Origin: Eledone cirrhosa | Lineage: Eukaryota | Length of the DNA stretch: 64,000 nt | Assembly (NCBI GenBank): GCA_964016885.1 | Contig: OZ024763.1 | Coordinates: forward strand, 23,436,001 to 23,500,000 | Direction of reading: 5' to 3' | Shown here: positions 37,701 through 47,669 of the stretch, piece by piece | How positions within the stretch are numbered: the stretch's first letter is position 1 | Layout: each line of letters opens with the position of its first letter | Made by a program: the position numbers and the translations under genes | The notes under the pieces: model-generated | The model's database searches: none | Told to the model about the DNA's origin: nothing | What the model saw: only the letters and a program-made list of their open reading frames with translations

Positions 37701-37889
37701 GAACTCCTGCCGTTTCGACGACAGCTAGATTCTAGATTCTTCGAACAGTTTGGATCTAGCTGTCAAAACAGCCAGAGCTCAGCTGTCGGGGTCATGACTC
37801 TTTTCCTATTACCCACTCTACTACCCTAAGTATCGAGTACTCTGGTGTGTTATGGTCCACCAGGTATCTTACCACACTCTCTTTGTTGT

Positions 37890-37892
<3 letters not shown>
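37701..37892 (+). mobile_element. Element with a fold-back hammerhead remnant, same family as 3648-3866
   Basis: gccgtttcgac-gacagctagat..atctagctgtc-aaaacagc..gctgtc, then ttttcctattacccactctactaccctaagtatcgagtactctggtg. Confidence 0.7.
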
Positions 37893-37943
<51 letters not shown>

Positions 37944-37966
37944 AAAGTACAGCATATTCGAAGTTC

Positions 37967-38191
37967 GAGCAGCAGCCAAGCCAACGAATGCCTTCAGCAG
38001 TGCAGCCAAGCCAACGAATGCCTTCAGCAGTGCAGCCAAGCCAACGAATGCCTTCAGCAGTGCAGCCAAGCCAACGAATGCCTTCAGCAGTGCAGCCAAG
38101 CCAACGAATGCCTTCAGCAGTGCAGCCAAGCCAACGAATGCCTTCAGCAGTGCAGCCAAGCCAACGAATGCCTTCAGCAGTGCAGCCAAGC
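37967..38191 (+). repeat. Perfect 30-bp minisatellite, ~7 copies
   Basis: Unit gcagccaagccaacgaatgccttcagcagt. Confidence 0.97.
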
Positions 38192-38339
38192 ACTCGACGA
38201 GGAATAGACCACAGTTTAAAGGGCTTTGCAAATTGAAAATAGTCGCCGCTAATTCAGCTGCGTGATCTGTAGCAACGAAAGAACTGATTAGTGAGAAAAA
38301 AATACACACACACACATACATACACTCACATATATGTAT

Positions 38340-38382
<43 letters not shown>

Positions 38383-38823
38383 TACATACATATATGCACA
38401 CATCTGTATATATAACATACCTGGACCGTCACTTTGAAATTATTGAATATCTAAGTGAGGTTTCTGTGAATCCGAAATCAACAAAATCCGCTTGTGGTGT
38501 ATACAAGTTAGGTTTCTGGAAGATCGAACAGAGGACTTACTTTCTCAACAGGCTTTCGTTCTAACACAAAACCAGGTGTGATAGCACATGTTACTCCAAA
38601 TGATATCCGACGTATGAGTATCCAACAAAAGTTGATGTGAGAAAGTGAACTGATGTTGAACTAGCTACACAAAGTTTTGTTTTAAGTGGTGAAGGCTTGT
38701 GTAGGACCAACCACACTTTTTGGAACTGACGACACATATCTTCGGTGCAAATGTCTGCCACGGAAAATACGACAACTCTCAGCTTTTTAAGCCTCAGAGT
38801 TTAACCTCCGTATAAAATAAAAT

Positions 38824-38854
<31 letters not shown>

Positions 38855-38974
38855 GTTTACGTCTGCTTTTCCCTGCTTGCAAGGGTGGGACAAAATATAT
38901 ATATATATATCATCATCATCGTTTTATGTCCATTCTTCCATGCTAGCTTGAGTTATATATATATAATATTAATA

Positions 38975-39152
38975 ATTGTTTCTACTTTAGGCACAAGGCC
39001 AGCAATTACCCATTGCATTACTGGTACTTTATTTTATCGACCCCGTAAGGATGAAAGGCAAAGTCAACCTCGGCGGGATTTGAACTGAGATCTTAAAGGG
39101 ACGTAACTATGCTGGAAAGCATGGCGTCCGACCCTCTACCGATACTGCCAAT
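38975..39152 (-). mobile_element. tRNA-derived SINE of a second family
   Basis: Reverse complement: A box TGGCAGTATCGG, B box GTTCAAATCC, core ttgcctttcatccttacggggtcgataaaataaagtaccag, tail ggccttgtgcctaaagtagaaac. Confidence 0.85.
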
Positions 39153-39300
39153 CTACCGTAATAATAATAATGATACTATTTATAGTTATGTATATACTAT
39201 AAACAGGAAAGGTCAGTAATTTATTACTACCTTATCACCAATAAGTATCTATATGATTGTTCAGTTGAATAGGAGGTTAATTATATGTACAAACATTGAT

Positions 39301-39352
39301 AATGCTCCGATGACTCCAAACGAAAGTTTGGAAAAAACAATTGTCAGCGATT
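39301..39352 (+). ncRNA. Degenerate minimal hammerhead (CCGATGA core, G12 mutated to A)
   Basis: aatgct CCGATGA c-tccaaac-gaaa-gtttgga-a AAAAC aatt GTC agcgatt. Confidence 0.6.
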
Positions 39353-39583
39353 AAATGATTTTAACAAAACTTTGATATTTGTGTAATTTATATATATAAA
39401 AACTATTTGTATGGCCGTTGACTCTACTGACTCCCTCCGCCCTTTGCCGGATCTTGTATTTCATCCCTCACAATGTCCAAATATTACCCTCGTTTAGTAT
39501 TACCTGATGTAGTTGCCGACGACCCGACCATGAGGCTGGTTGTACTGGGTTACATGTTACCAGTAGCACTCGAGAGTGACCTG

Positions 39584-39617
<34 letters not shown>

Positions 39618-39627
39618 CAGGTCGCAT

Positions 39628-40016
39628 TTTCATCATTTCATTTCATTTTACGTCCGCTTTTCCCTGCTTGCAAGGGTGGGACGGGAACTGATTCTGGCTT
39701 GATTTCTACAGCTGGATGCCCTTCCTAACACCAACCTCATTTACAGTGAGTGCTGGGTGCTTTTTTTCCGTGGCGCCTACACGTCGACTTTACAGTGTGG
39801 GCTGGGTTTTTTTTGCCGTGGCACCTCTACGACCACTTTGCAGTGGAATGATAAGGACCCCAGTCCCTATCATCTCATTTCTACAGCTGAGTAAACTGGA
39901 GCAATGTGAAATAAAGTGTCTTGCTCAAGGAAACAACACATCACCTGGTCTGAGAATTGAACTCACAACCTTTCGATTGCAAGGCCAATGCTCTAACCAC
40001 TAAGCCATGTGCCCCC
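39628..40016 (-). mobile_element. tRNA-derived SINE with RTE tail, same family as 3175-3500
   Basis: Near-identical reverse complement of 3175-3500 with a small internal duplication. Confidence 0.9.
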
Positions 40017-40066
40017 ATATATATATATATATTATAATTTTAGCCTGATAGTGGGGTAAACCCCAC

Positions 40067-40108
<42 letters not shown>

Positions 40109-40150
40109 AGAAAAAAAGAGAATCAGTGTTGCGACGAATGGAATTTATTG

Positions 40151-40271
40151 GACATATTACAATCATTTCTATGGCGACCAGCTCGAGGACCTTGCGATTT
40201 TCAGAGTCAGGTTTGATCATCACATTGATCGTGCCTCGAGCTGGTCGCCAGAGAAACAATTGTAATTAGTC
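40151..40271. repeat. Hairpin tggcgaccagctcgagg/cctcgagctggtcgcca followed by GAAAC AATT GTA
   Basis: 17-bp perfect stem. The arms extend imperfectly through ttacaat/attgtaa. Confidence 0.85.
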
Positions 40272-40626
40272 AAAAATATGGTGAAAGCTTCTATTTCTAA
40301 TTTCAAACTCGCTCGCTGTTTCAAAGCATATCATAATCTATAAAGCTCAGTGTGTGGTCATGCTCCTTCGTTATAGAAATCTACGATATAGAATTTCTTC
40401 AATTGAAATTTACGATTCAGTATTCGAAATAGTTTCGATTGCGTCTTGACGCAGATCATTTTTTCAATTTCACCCACAATTACGCAAAAAATAGATAAAA
40501 CTCAATATTTTACGATTTTTCTCTCTCATTTAAACTGCTGAACTCTTTCTACTACCATTCAAAATCTATACAACTTCATACTTTCTGCTACTTTCTCTTT
40601 CCAAGCTTGATGGTGATACTGTCCGT

Positions 40627-41032
40627 TCACACCACTCCCTACTGTCTTAAATTTAGAAAACACATATCCTCTATGAGGTTACTAAACCTGCTAGAAACAG
40701 CAGCTAACTCTCCCCCATATCACACCCCTCCCTACTGTCTTAAATTTAGAAAACATATCTTCTATGAGGTTACTAAACCTGCTAGAAACAACAGCTAACT
40801 CTCCCTCATATCACAACCCTCCCTACTGTCTTAAATTTAGAAAACATATCTTCTATGAGGTTACTAAACCTGCTAGAAACAGCAGCTAACTCTCCCCCAT
40901 ATCACACCACTCCCTACTGTCTTAAATTTAGAAAACACATATCCTCTATGAGGTCACTAAACCTGCTAGAAACAACAGCTAAGTCTTCCTCATATCACAA
41001 CCCTCCCTACTGTCTTAAATTTAGAAAACACA
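40627..41032 (+). repeat. ~90-bp minisatellite, ~4.5 copies, homologous to the reverse complement of satellite A
   Basis: agaaacagcagctaactctcccccatatcacacccctccctactgtcttaaa aligns with agaaatagcagccaaatctccctcgatatagccccctacctaccatctaag. Confidence 0.9.
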
Positions 41033-41034
41033 CA

Positions 41035-41319
41035 GACAACCATGCAGAACAACTCCATCGCAGCTCTGTTGTTCGGCGGGCATCGTCTACGCGCGTGTTG
41101 CGCAAGTACTGTGAAACAATAAATTTCAACACTTTTTTGCACAGAGATAATATCCATAGGCGAAACTACAATTGTCACTGCTGGCGCAGCTCCTGCTTCC
41201 AGGTCTGCAATTCATTCACCCAGTGCCTGGCAGACAAAAAAGTGCTGCCATAAAATGGGTGGTGCAACCTAACTTTGGTAACTGAATGACCCCGAGCAAC
41301 GCCGGGCTTTAATGCTAGT
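41035..41319 (+). mobile_element. Helitron-like element 3' end
   Basis: CCCGAGCAACGCCGGG hairpin (41291-41306), then CTAG|T (41315-41319). 5' boundary uncertain. Confidence 0.6.
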
Positions 41320-41334
41320 ACATATATAAATACC

Positions 41335-42190
41335 GCAGTGTCATAGTGCTGCAGCATACTGTGTCACTCAGGCTTTCCATTTCCATAGTGTGCCACCCTA
41401 GCTCCACTGTGCCATAGTGCGGCACACTAGCTTCAAAGGGCCATATTTTGCTACACTACCTTCCCAGCGCAATACTGTCCCACCCTAGTTCCATATTGTG
41501 TCACTCAAGCTTTCCATTTCCATAGTGTCTCACCCTAACTCCGCTGTGCCACAGTGTGGCATATTATCTCCGAAGCGCAGTATTTTGCCACCCTGGCTTC
41601 CCAGCGGCGTACTGTCCCACCCTAGTTTTATATTTCCATACTATGTCGCTCAGATTTTCATTTCAAAAGTGTGCCACCCTAGCTCCACTGTGCCATAGTG
41701 CGGTATACTAGCTTCAAAGTGCCATATTTCCCCACACAATCTCCCCAGTGGAGTACTTACCCACCCTAGTTCAATATTGTGTCACTGAAGCTTTCCATTT
41801 CCAAAGTGTGTCACCCTAGCTCCGCTGTGCCATAGTGCAGCACACTAGCTTTTTTTTTGCCGTATTTTTCCACTCTACCTTCCCAGGGTCACACTGCCCC
41901 ACCCTAGTTCGATATTGTGTCACTCAGGCTTTCCATTTCCATAGTGTGCCATCCAAGCTCCACTGTGCCATAGTGCAGCACACTAGCTCTGATGTGTCGT
42001 ATTTTGCTACCCTAGCTTCCCAGTGATGTACTGTCCACCCTAGTTCCATATTGCCATACAGTGTCACTCAATTTTTCCATTTCCATAGTCTGCCACCCTA
42101 TCTCCGTTGTGCCATAGTGTGGCACATTATCTCCGATGCGCCGTATTTTGCTACCCTGGCTTCCCAGTGGGATACTGTCAGTTCCATAAT
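41335..42190 (+). repeat. Old diverged ~140-bp tandem repeat, ~6 copies
   Basis: ttccatttccatagtgtgccaccctag-like motif at ~41375, 41513, 41657, 41793, 41931 and 42076. Confidence 0.9.
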
Positions 42191-42826
42191 TGAGATGGAG
42201 GGTTTGTGGTTTGTCTACCACAAACCCACCATCTCAATTTTACATTTGAAAAGCATAAGAACTGTGAAACCGGTAAAGGAAATAAATAAGAATTCTTAAA
42301 AAGACTCCAGTTGGTTGCATTTCGATTTCTTTTCTTTTTATATATATATATATATATATATGACCAAAAGTTAAACAAGACAACCAAGACTGGAATTGAA
42401 CCATGAGCACAGTTGAGGTATGTCATACATCAATTTATATATTTTATCTGATGAGGACGTACTGAGGAAACAGCAGAGTACCTCTGAAATATTTATAATA
42501 AAATATATTTGATTACATGAATGTCTATATTTATTAATATTTTGAATTAATATATATATATATATATATATATATGCATATATATCACAAACTCATGCTT
42601 ATGCACGTGTTCAAGTATAGCTTTTTTTACAAAACGTTTTTTTTTTCCAATTCACGTAGACACGCGCCATCATCCAATTTTCTAAAAAAACAAATCATAT
42701 ACAAAACGCCAGCACCAACAGTTTTGCAAGAGATGTCAACATGTATGGACCTGATATTTTTATCTAAAGACATTTTTTCCAATTCCATCCTGCCCGTCCC
42801 CTCAATCTATTTTATTTCTCATTCTT

Positions 42827-42862
42827 TCTTCTGATGAAGGACTAGTGTCCGAAACGTTAAGA
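42827..42862 (+). ncRNA. Minimal type I hammerhead ribozyme (Penelope pseudo-LTR type)
   Basis: tctt CTGATGA a ggac-tagt-gtcc GAAAC GTT aaga, palindromic stem III AACGTT. Confidence 0.85.
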
Positions 42863-42976
42863 CCCTCTTCCTGCTATATCAAGTGTTAACCTAATATATC
42901 CCTTCCATATACTGTACCGATTGTGTTGTAATTTCTGTTTACCTTTTACATACATATATACATATATATATATAAT

Positions 42977-45487
42977 CATCATCATCATCATCATCATCAC
43001 CGTTTTACGTCCGTTCTTCCACGCTAGCATGGGTTAGACGGGTTGTCCTGTTGTGGGCAGTGTCTGATCGGCTGACCATGCCTTGCTCATACAGGAACTG
43101 ATTTGGCTTGATTTCTACAGCTGGATGCCCTTCCTAACACCAACCTCATTTACAGTGAGTGCTGGGTGCTTTTTTGTGGCACCTACACGTCCACTTTACA
43201 GTGTGGGCTGGGTGCTTTTTTGCCGTGGCTCCTCCACGGCCACCTTGCGGTGGGGGGTGTGGGGCATATTGTCTATATGCTTCAGCTTGTACCCATGGGA
43301 GGTCGGGTACTCTGTATTACTGCGTGACGCCAGAAGTCACGGTCGTGTGTCATTGCCTTTGAGAGGTGTAATTGTATAAGGTTGGCTTTTATCACCTCAT
43401 CCCAGGTCATCTTGGGTCTCCCCACTCCGCGGTTTCCATCAACTTCTAGTGCTCTGCACCTTTTTATGCAGCTGTCATCCTTCATACGCATCACATGTCC
43501 ATACCAGCACAACCGCCTCTCCTGCACACAGCATTTGATTCCTCTTATGCTCAGTCTCTCTCTCAATTCATTTATGCTTTGTTGTTCACATATATTACTG
43601 TTACACATCCATCGGAGCATGCAGGCTTCGTTTCTCTCTAATCTACGTAAGTCTTCCACCTTCAGCGCCCAGGTCTCACTACCATGCAACATTGCTGTTC
43701 GGATACACGCATCATACAGTCTGCCTTTCATTCAGAGGGAGAAGCCTTTTGCAGCTAGCAGTGGTAGTAGTTCCCTAAACTTCTTCCATCCCGTTCTTAC
43801 CCTAGTTATTGTACTTTCTGAACACCCACCTCCGCTGCTAATTCGGTCACCTAGGTAGCAGAAGCTGTCTACTGTTTCTACAGAGCCCTCCCAGAGATTG
43901 GTGGTACTTGTTTCCTGTGGCTGTTTGCTGCTTGCTGTCTCAGCACAGCTGCTGCATGTGAAGCCTACATTCTTAATTAAGCTTCCTGAGATCCCGCTAC
44001 ATCTCTTGTGTACCCATTGTTTGCATTTGGGGCAGAGAATGGAGTTCCTACCTACACCTTTTCTACATACTGAGCAAGGCCATTTCCCTGAGGGGATTTG
44101 GGTTCTGTTTTCTCGTCTACTTACAAGGACCTTAGTCTTTGTCATGTTGACTTTGAGACCCTTTCTTTCTAGTCCCTGCTTCCAAGTTTGGAATTTATTC
44201 TCTAGTTCTACCATAGATTCAGCTATGAGTGCGAGGTCATCAGCATACAGGAGTTCTCATGGACATCCAGTCTTAAACTCCTCCGTTATTGCCTGCAGGA
44301 CTATGATGAACAGGAGGGGGCTAAGAACAGAGCCCTGGTGGACCCCAACCTGTACGCTAAATTCCTCGCTATACTCATTGCTAATCCTAACTTTGCTGAC
44401 TGCTCCCCTATACATGGCTTGTACCGCTTTCACAAGCCATTCATCTACTCCTAGTTTTCTAAGAGCCCACCAGATTACAGCACGTGGAACTCTGTCAAAG
44501 GCTTTCTCAAGGTCGACAAATGCCAAGTAGAGTGGCTTACTTTTAGCTAGGTACTTTTCCTTTAATTGCCTCACAAGGAAGAGGGCATCAGTGGTGCCTC
44601 TTCCTGGTACAAACCCAAATTGCATCTCGTCTATTTTCACCCGGTCCCTAATCAACTGTGCTATAACTCTTTCTGTTACTTTCATGACCTGGTCCATCAA
44701 CTTTATACCTCTATAGTTTCCTCTATCTAGTGCATCGCCTTTACCTTTGTAGCAGTTGACAATGATGCTACTGCACCAATCTTTTGGTATGACACCTTCT
44801 AGTATTACCTGGTTAACAGTACGTGTGGTTATAGTGTGACCTACAGACCCAGATGCCTTCAGCATCTCGGCAGCTATACCCGATGGACCGGTTGCCTTCC
44901 CCATCTTCATATCTTTGATTGCCTTACTTACTACACTGCTGCTGACTTGTACTGCTGGCCCCTCTATAGGGTCTACTTGGGGTAGGGTCTCTTCTTCTCA
45001 TGCATTCTCCTCATTTAGTAATCTATCATAATGACTCTTCCATGCATCTTTCTTCTCAGCACTTGTGAGGGCAAGCTCACCTTTATCATTCCGGATACAC
45101 TTCTCTCCAATGACATCACAACTATCTCTGACACACTGCCTCGCAATCTTGAATACCTCCTGTTTCTGGTCCCCACGTTGCAAAACATGCTTGAATTTTC
45201 TATCCTCTGCTTCCCTCCTAGCTAAGTATACTTGTCGCCTAGCTTCCCTCTTGGTCTCTATGTAGTGTACCCTGCTCCCCCCGTTCTTCCATTCTTTCCA
45301 TGCCTGTCTCTTGGCCTTAACTGCTTCATCTACCTTATTGTTCCACCACCAAGTCACTCTCCTCCTGCTTGAGGTCTTACTCCAGCCACAGACCTCATCC
45401 GTCGCCTCTAGTAAATTATTTTTTAGGAACTCCCAGTTCTCTTCTACATTAAATGTCTCTATCTGTTCTTCTTTACTGTTCTTTACC
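42977..45487 (-). mobile_element. 5'-truncated RTE-clade LINE, second subfamily, inactivated by in-frame stops
   Basis: Collinear same-frame ORFs 44998..45357, 44257..44910, 43732..44214 and 43282..43731 (TWWWN linker, RT motifs, C4HC3 finger, RLCWYGHVMR..GRP); 3' UTR and (GAT)n tail. Confidence 0.97.
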
Positions 45488-45546
45488 GTCTAACCCATGC
45501 TAGCGTGGAAAATGGACGTTAAACGAAGATGATGATGATGATGATA
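45485..45546 (+). mobile_element. Short RTE 3'-terminal fragment, inverted at the 5' junction of the LINE
   Basis: ccgtctaacccatgctagcgtggaaaatggacgttaaacg(atg)n. Confidence 0.85.
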
Positions 45547-45547
45547 T

Positions 45548-45583
<36 letters not shown>

Positions 45584-46041
45584 GCATCTATATATGTGCA
45601 TATATAGATAGATGGGTGTGTTGATGAACAGATAAATAGATAGATAGACAGACAGATATATAGATATAGAGTCAGCTAGATCAATTGACATGAATCCATC
45701 CAGAAAGATGGACAGATAGCTTGATCTGTAATATAGATAACAGTTAAGTATGTAAAGTCAATAGCATGATAGAAGATTTAATTAAGTCTCATTTATTCAT
45801 ACATATATTTCATCTTTGTATAAAAGCAGCCACTGTTTCAATGTTATGTCTTTGTTGTTTATGGATTTCTACATTTTATCTTACATTCCTTCATTTTATT
45901 ATCCTTGTTATTTAATAAACTCTCTAGTATTAAATATATTTACTATATAAACCTTCATATATATATATATATATATATATACTGTCTGGATGAAGTCCAG
46001 CTTTTAGACATTGGTGGTATTGACTGGAGGGAATCTATAAT

Positions 46042-46135
46042 GTTGGTTTCTACTTTAGACACAAGGCCAGTAGTTTGGTGGAAGAGGAAAGTCGATTAAG
46101 TCTACCCTAGTGTGTTACTGGTACTTTAATAATAA
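46042..46135 (-). mobile_element. SINE 3' fragment containing one monomer of satellite B
   Basis: gtttctactttagacacaaggccag...ttactggtacttta matches the SINE at 38975-39035. The internal part is nearly identical to the 53-bp monomer. Confidence 0.88.
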
Positions 46136-46146
46136 TAAATAATAGT

Positions 46147-46206
<60 letters not shown>

Positions 46207-46419
46207 GATAACAAGTTATCATTTTAGGTAATCCAGTTAGAGGTTGTGAGTACTTTGTACTATGGATAGTTTTAATGTACAGTGTTGTTTGACTCAACAA
46301 GAGGTTTCCTTAGTTAGGTAGCGAGTTTGCGAGAATTCCCATGTAGGTCATTCTTGGAGTAATAGTAGTGAAAGAGTGAAGAATAACATGGTCGGCTGTA
46401 CAAAAAGGGTTTTATTTAC

Positions 46420-46532
46420 AGTATTAACAATTGTTTCATTGATCAGATGAGTCTAAAGGCCACTGATCACTCGAAATTGCGTCACTCAACCCTAAATACA
46501 GTGTGTGTCTCTGATCAAATCATCGGAATACT
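46420..46532 (-). ncRNA. Minimal hammerhead with a CCGATGA core and extended stem II
   Basis: Reverse complement: agtatt CCGATGA t-ttgatcaga..(~60 nt)..tctgatcaa-t GAAAC aatt GTT aatact. Confidence 0.78.
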
Positions 46533-46533
46533 C

Positions 46534-46584
46534 AGTTTCAGAAGATCCCGTTAAGGGTGAAAGCAGCGATTTTTTGCTTAAACT
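46534..46584 (+). ncRNA. Hammerhead-like motif with a CAGAAGA core, start of dispersed element 46534-46700
   Basis: agttt CAGAAGA t-ccc-gttaa-ggg-t GAAAGCA gcgattttt TGCTT aaact. Confidence 0.72.
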
Positions 46585-46707
46585 TTAATCTGTTAATTTA
46601 ATAAATATTTGCTCTAGGGTTCTTATATATTTGATATATATATTTATCCTTATTGAGCCCACTTTAGATTTTAATCTTCACATTTATTATTATTACTATA
46701 TATATAT

Positions 46708-46968
46708 ATCATCATCATCATCATCTTCGTTTAACGTCCATTTTCCACGGTAGCATGGGTTAGACGGGAGTTATTCCACTTGAGGCAAGGCTGGTCGGGT
46801 GACCGTGTCTCGCTCATGTAGGACTATCTGGCAGGTTTTCTACGGCTGGATGCCCTTCCTAACACCATCCACATTTACAGTGTGGAACAGGGAACTTTTT
46901 ACCGTGTTACCTACATGGCCACATTACAGCGTGGACTGTGTGTTTTTTTCTCGTGACACCTACACGAT
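46708..46968 (-). mobile_element. RTE LINE 3' UTR and tail, continued at 48509
   Basis: Homologous to the reverse complement of 35355-35593. Confidence 0.9.
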
Positions 46969-46985
46969 CTCGATCTCATTTATCT

Positions 46986-47028
<43 letters not shown>

Positions 47029-47029
47029 G

Positions 47030-47135
47030 ACAGACACTGGTTTCTTGGAGATGCAGGACATGGCAGCGATGATGAGGGACAGAGAACACTGGAGAGAACT
47101 CGTCCATGGATCTCGGGAATTTTACCTTCCCTAGA
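47030..47135 (+). mobile_element. Very short 3' end of another RTE-type LINE
   Basis: Encodes DTGFLEMQDMAAMMRDREHWRELV, the DR..WR C-terminal motif of RTE-group ORF2. Confidence 0.55.
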
Positions 47136-47669
47136 TATAGAGATATATATATAATAATAATAATAACAATAATAATAATAATAATGTTTTCTTTATTAAC
47201 CACAAGGGTTTACATAAAGTAGACATTAAGGACAGTACAGGACAATACAGGACGGTACAAATGGGCATTTCTGCGTGTAAAAAAAACAGAGGATGTATAA
47301 AATAAAATATTCGCTTGCGAAAGAGAAGGGAGGGAGAGAGACACATTTAGAGAAGGGAGGGAGAGAGACAATCTTCTCTCTGCTGTAGTGACGATTGAGG
47401 AAGAAGAAGACGGAATGAGTGGGAGTGACCTATGAAAATTCTTTTTCGTAGCCATGTTTTTTTTGTTTAAAATAAATATTGGGCACAAAACCCCCAATAA
47501 GTGGTTATTTAACCCCGAAGGGCCAAATAACGGGCAGAAAGACTCCTCTCACGAGGAGGAGGGTGTTTTTGTCTACAAGTTGGTTAAAGTTTTAAACAAT
47601 TTACAATTGTTATAGCGGTCAAAATTTACAATACCTTACAGAGCCGAGCCTCCGTCAACCATAGCATTC

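Noticed and set aside
38450-38495. Hammerhead-like ctaagtga ggtttc-tgt-gaatcc gaaat
   Set aside because: No CUGANGA core and no stem I
38721-38760. tggaa CTGACGA cac..gtg CAAAT GTC tgcca
   Set aside because: GAAA is mutated and stem I mismatched; a possible relic but not supportable
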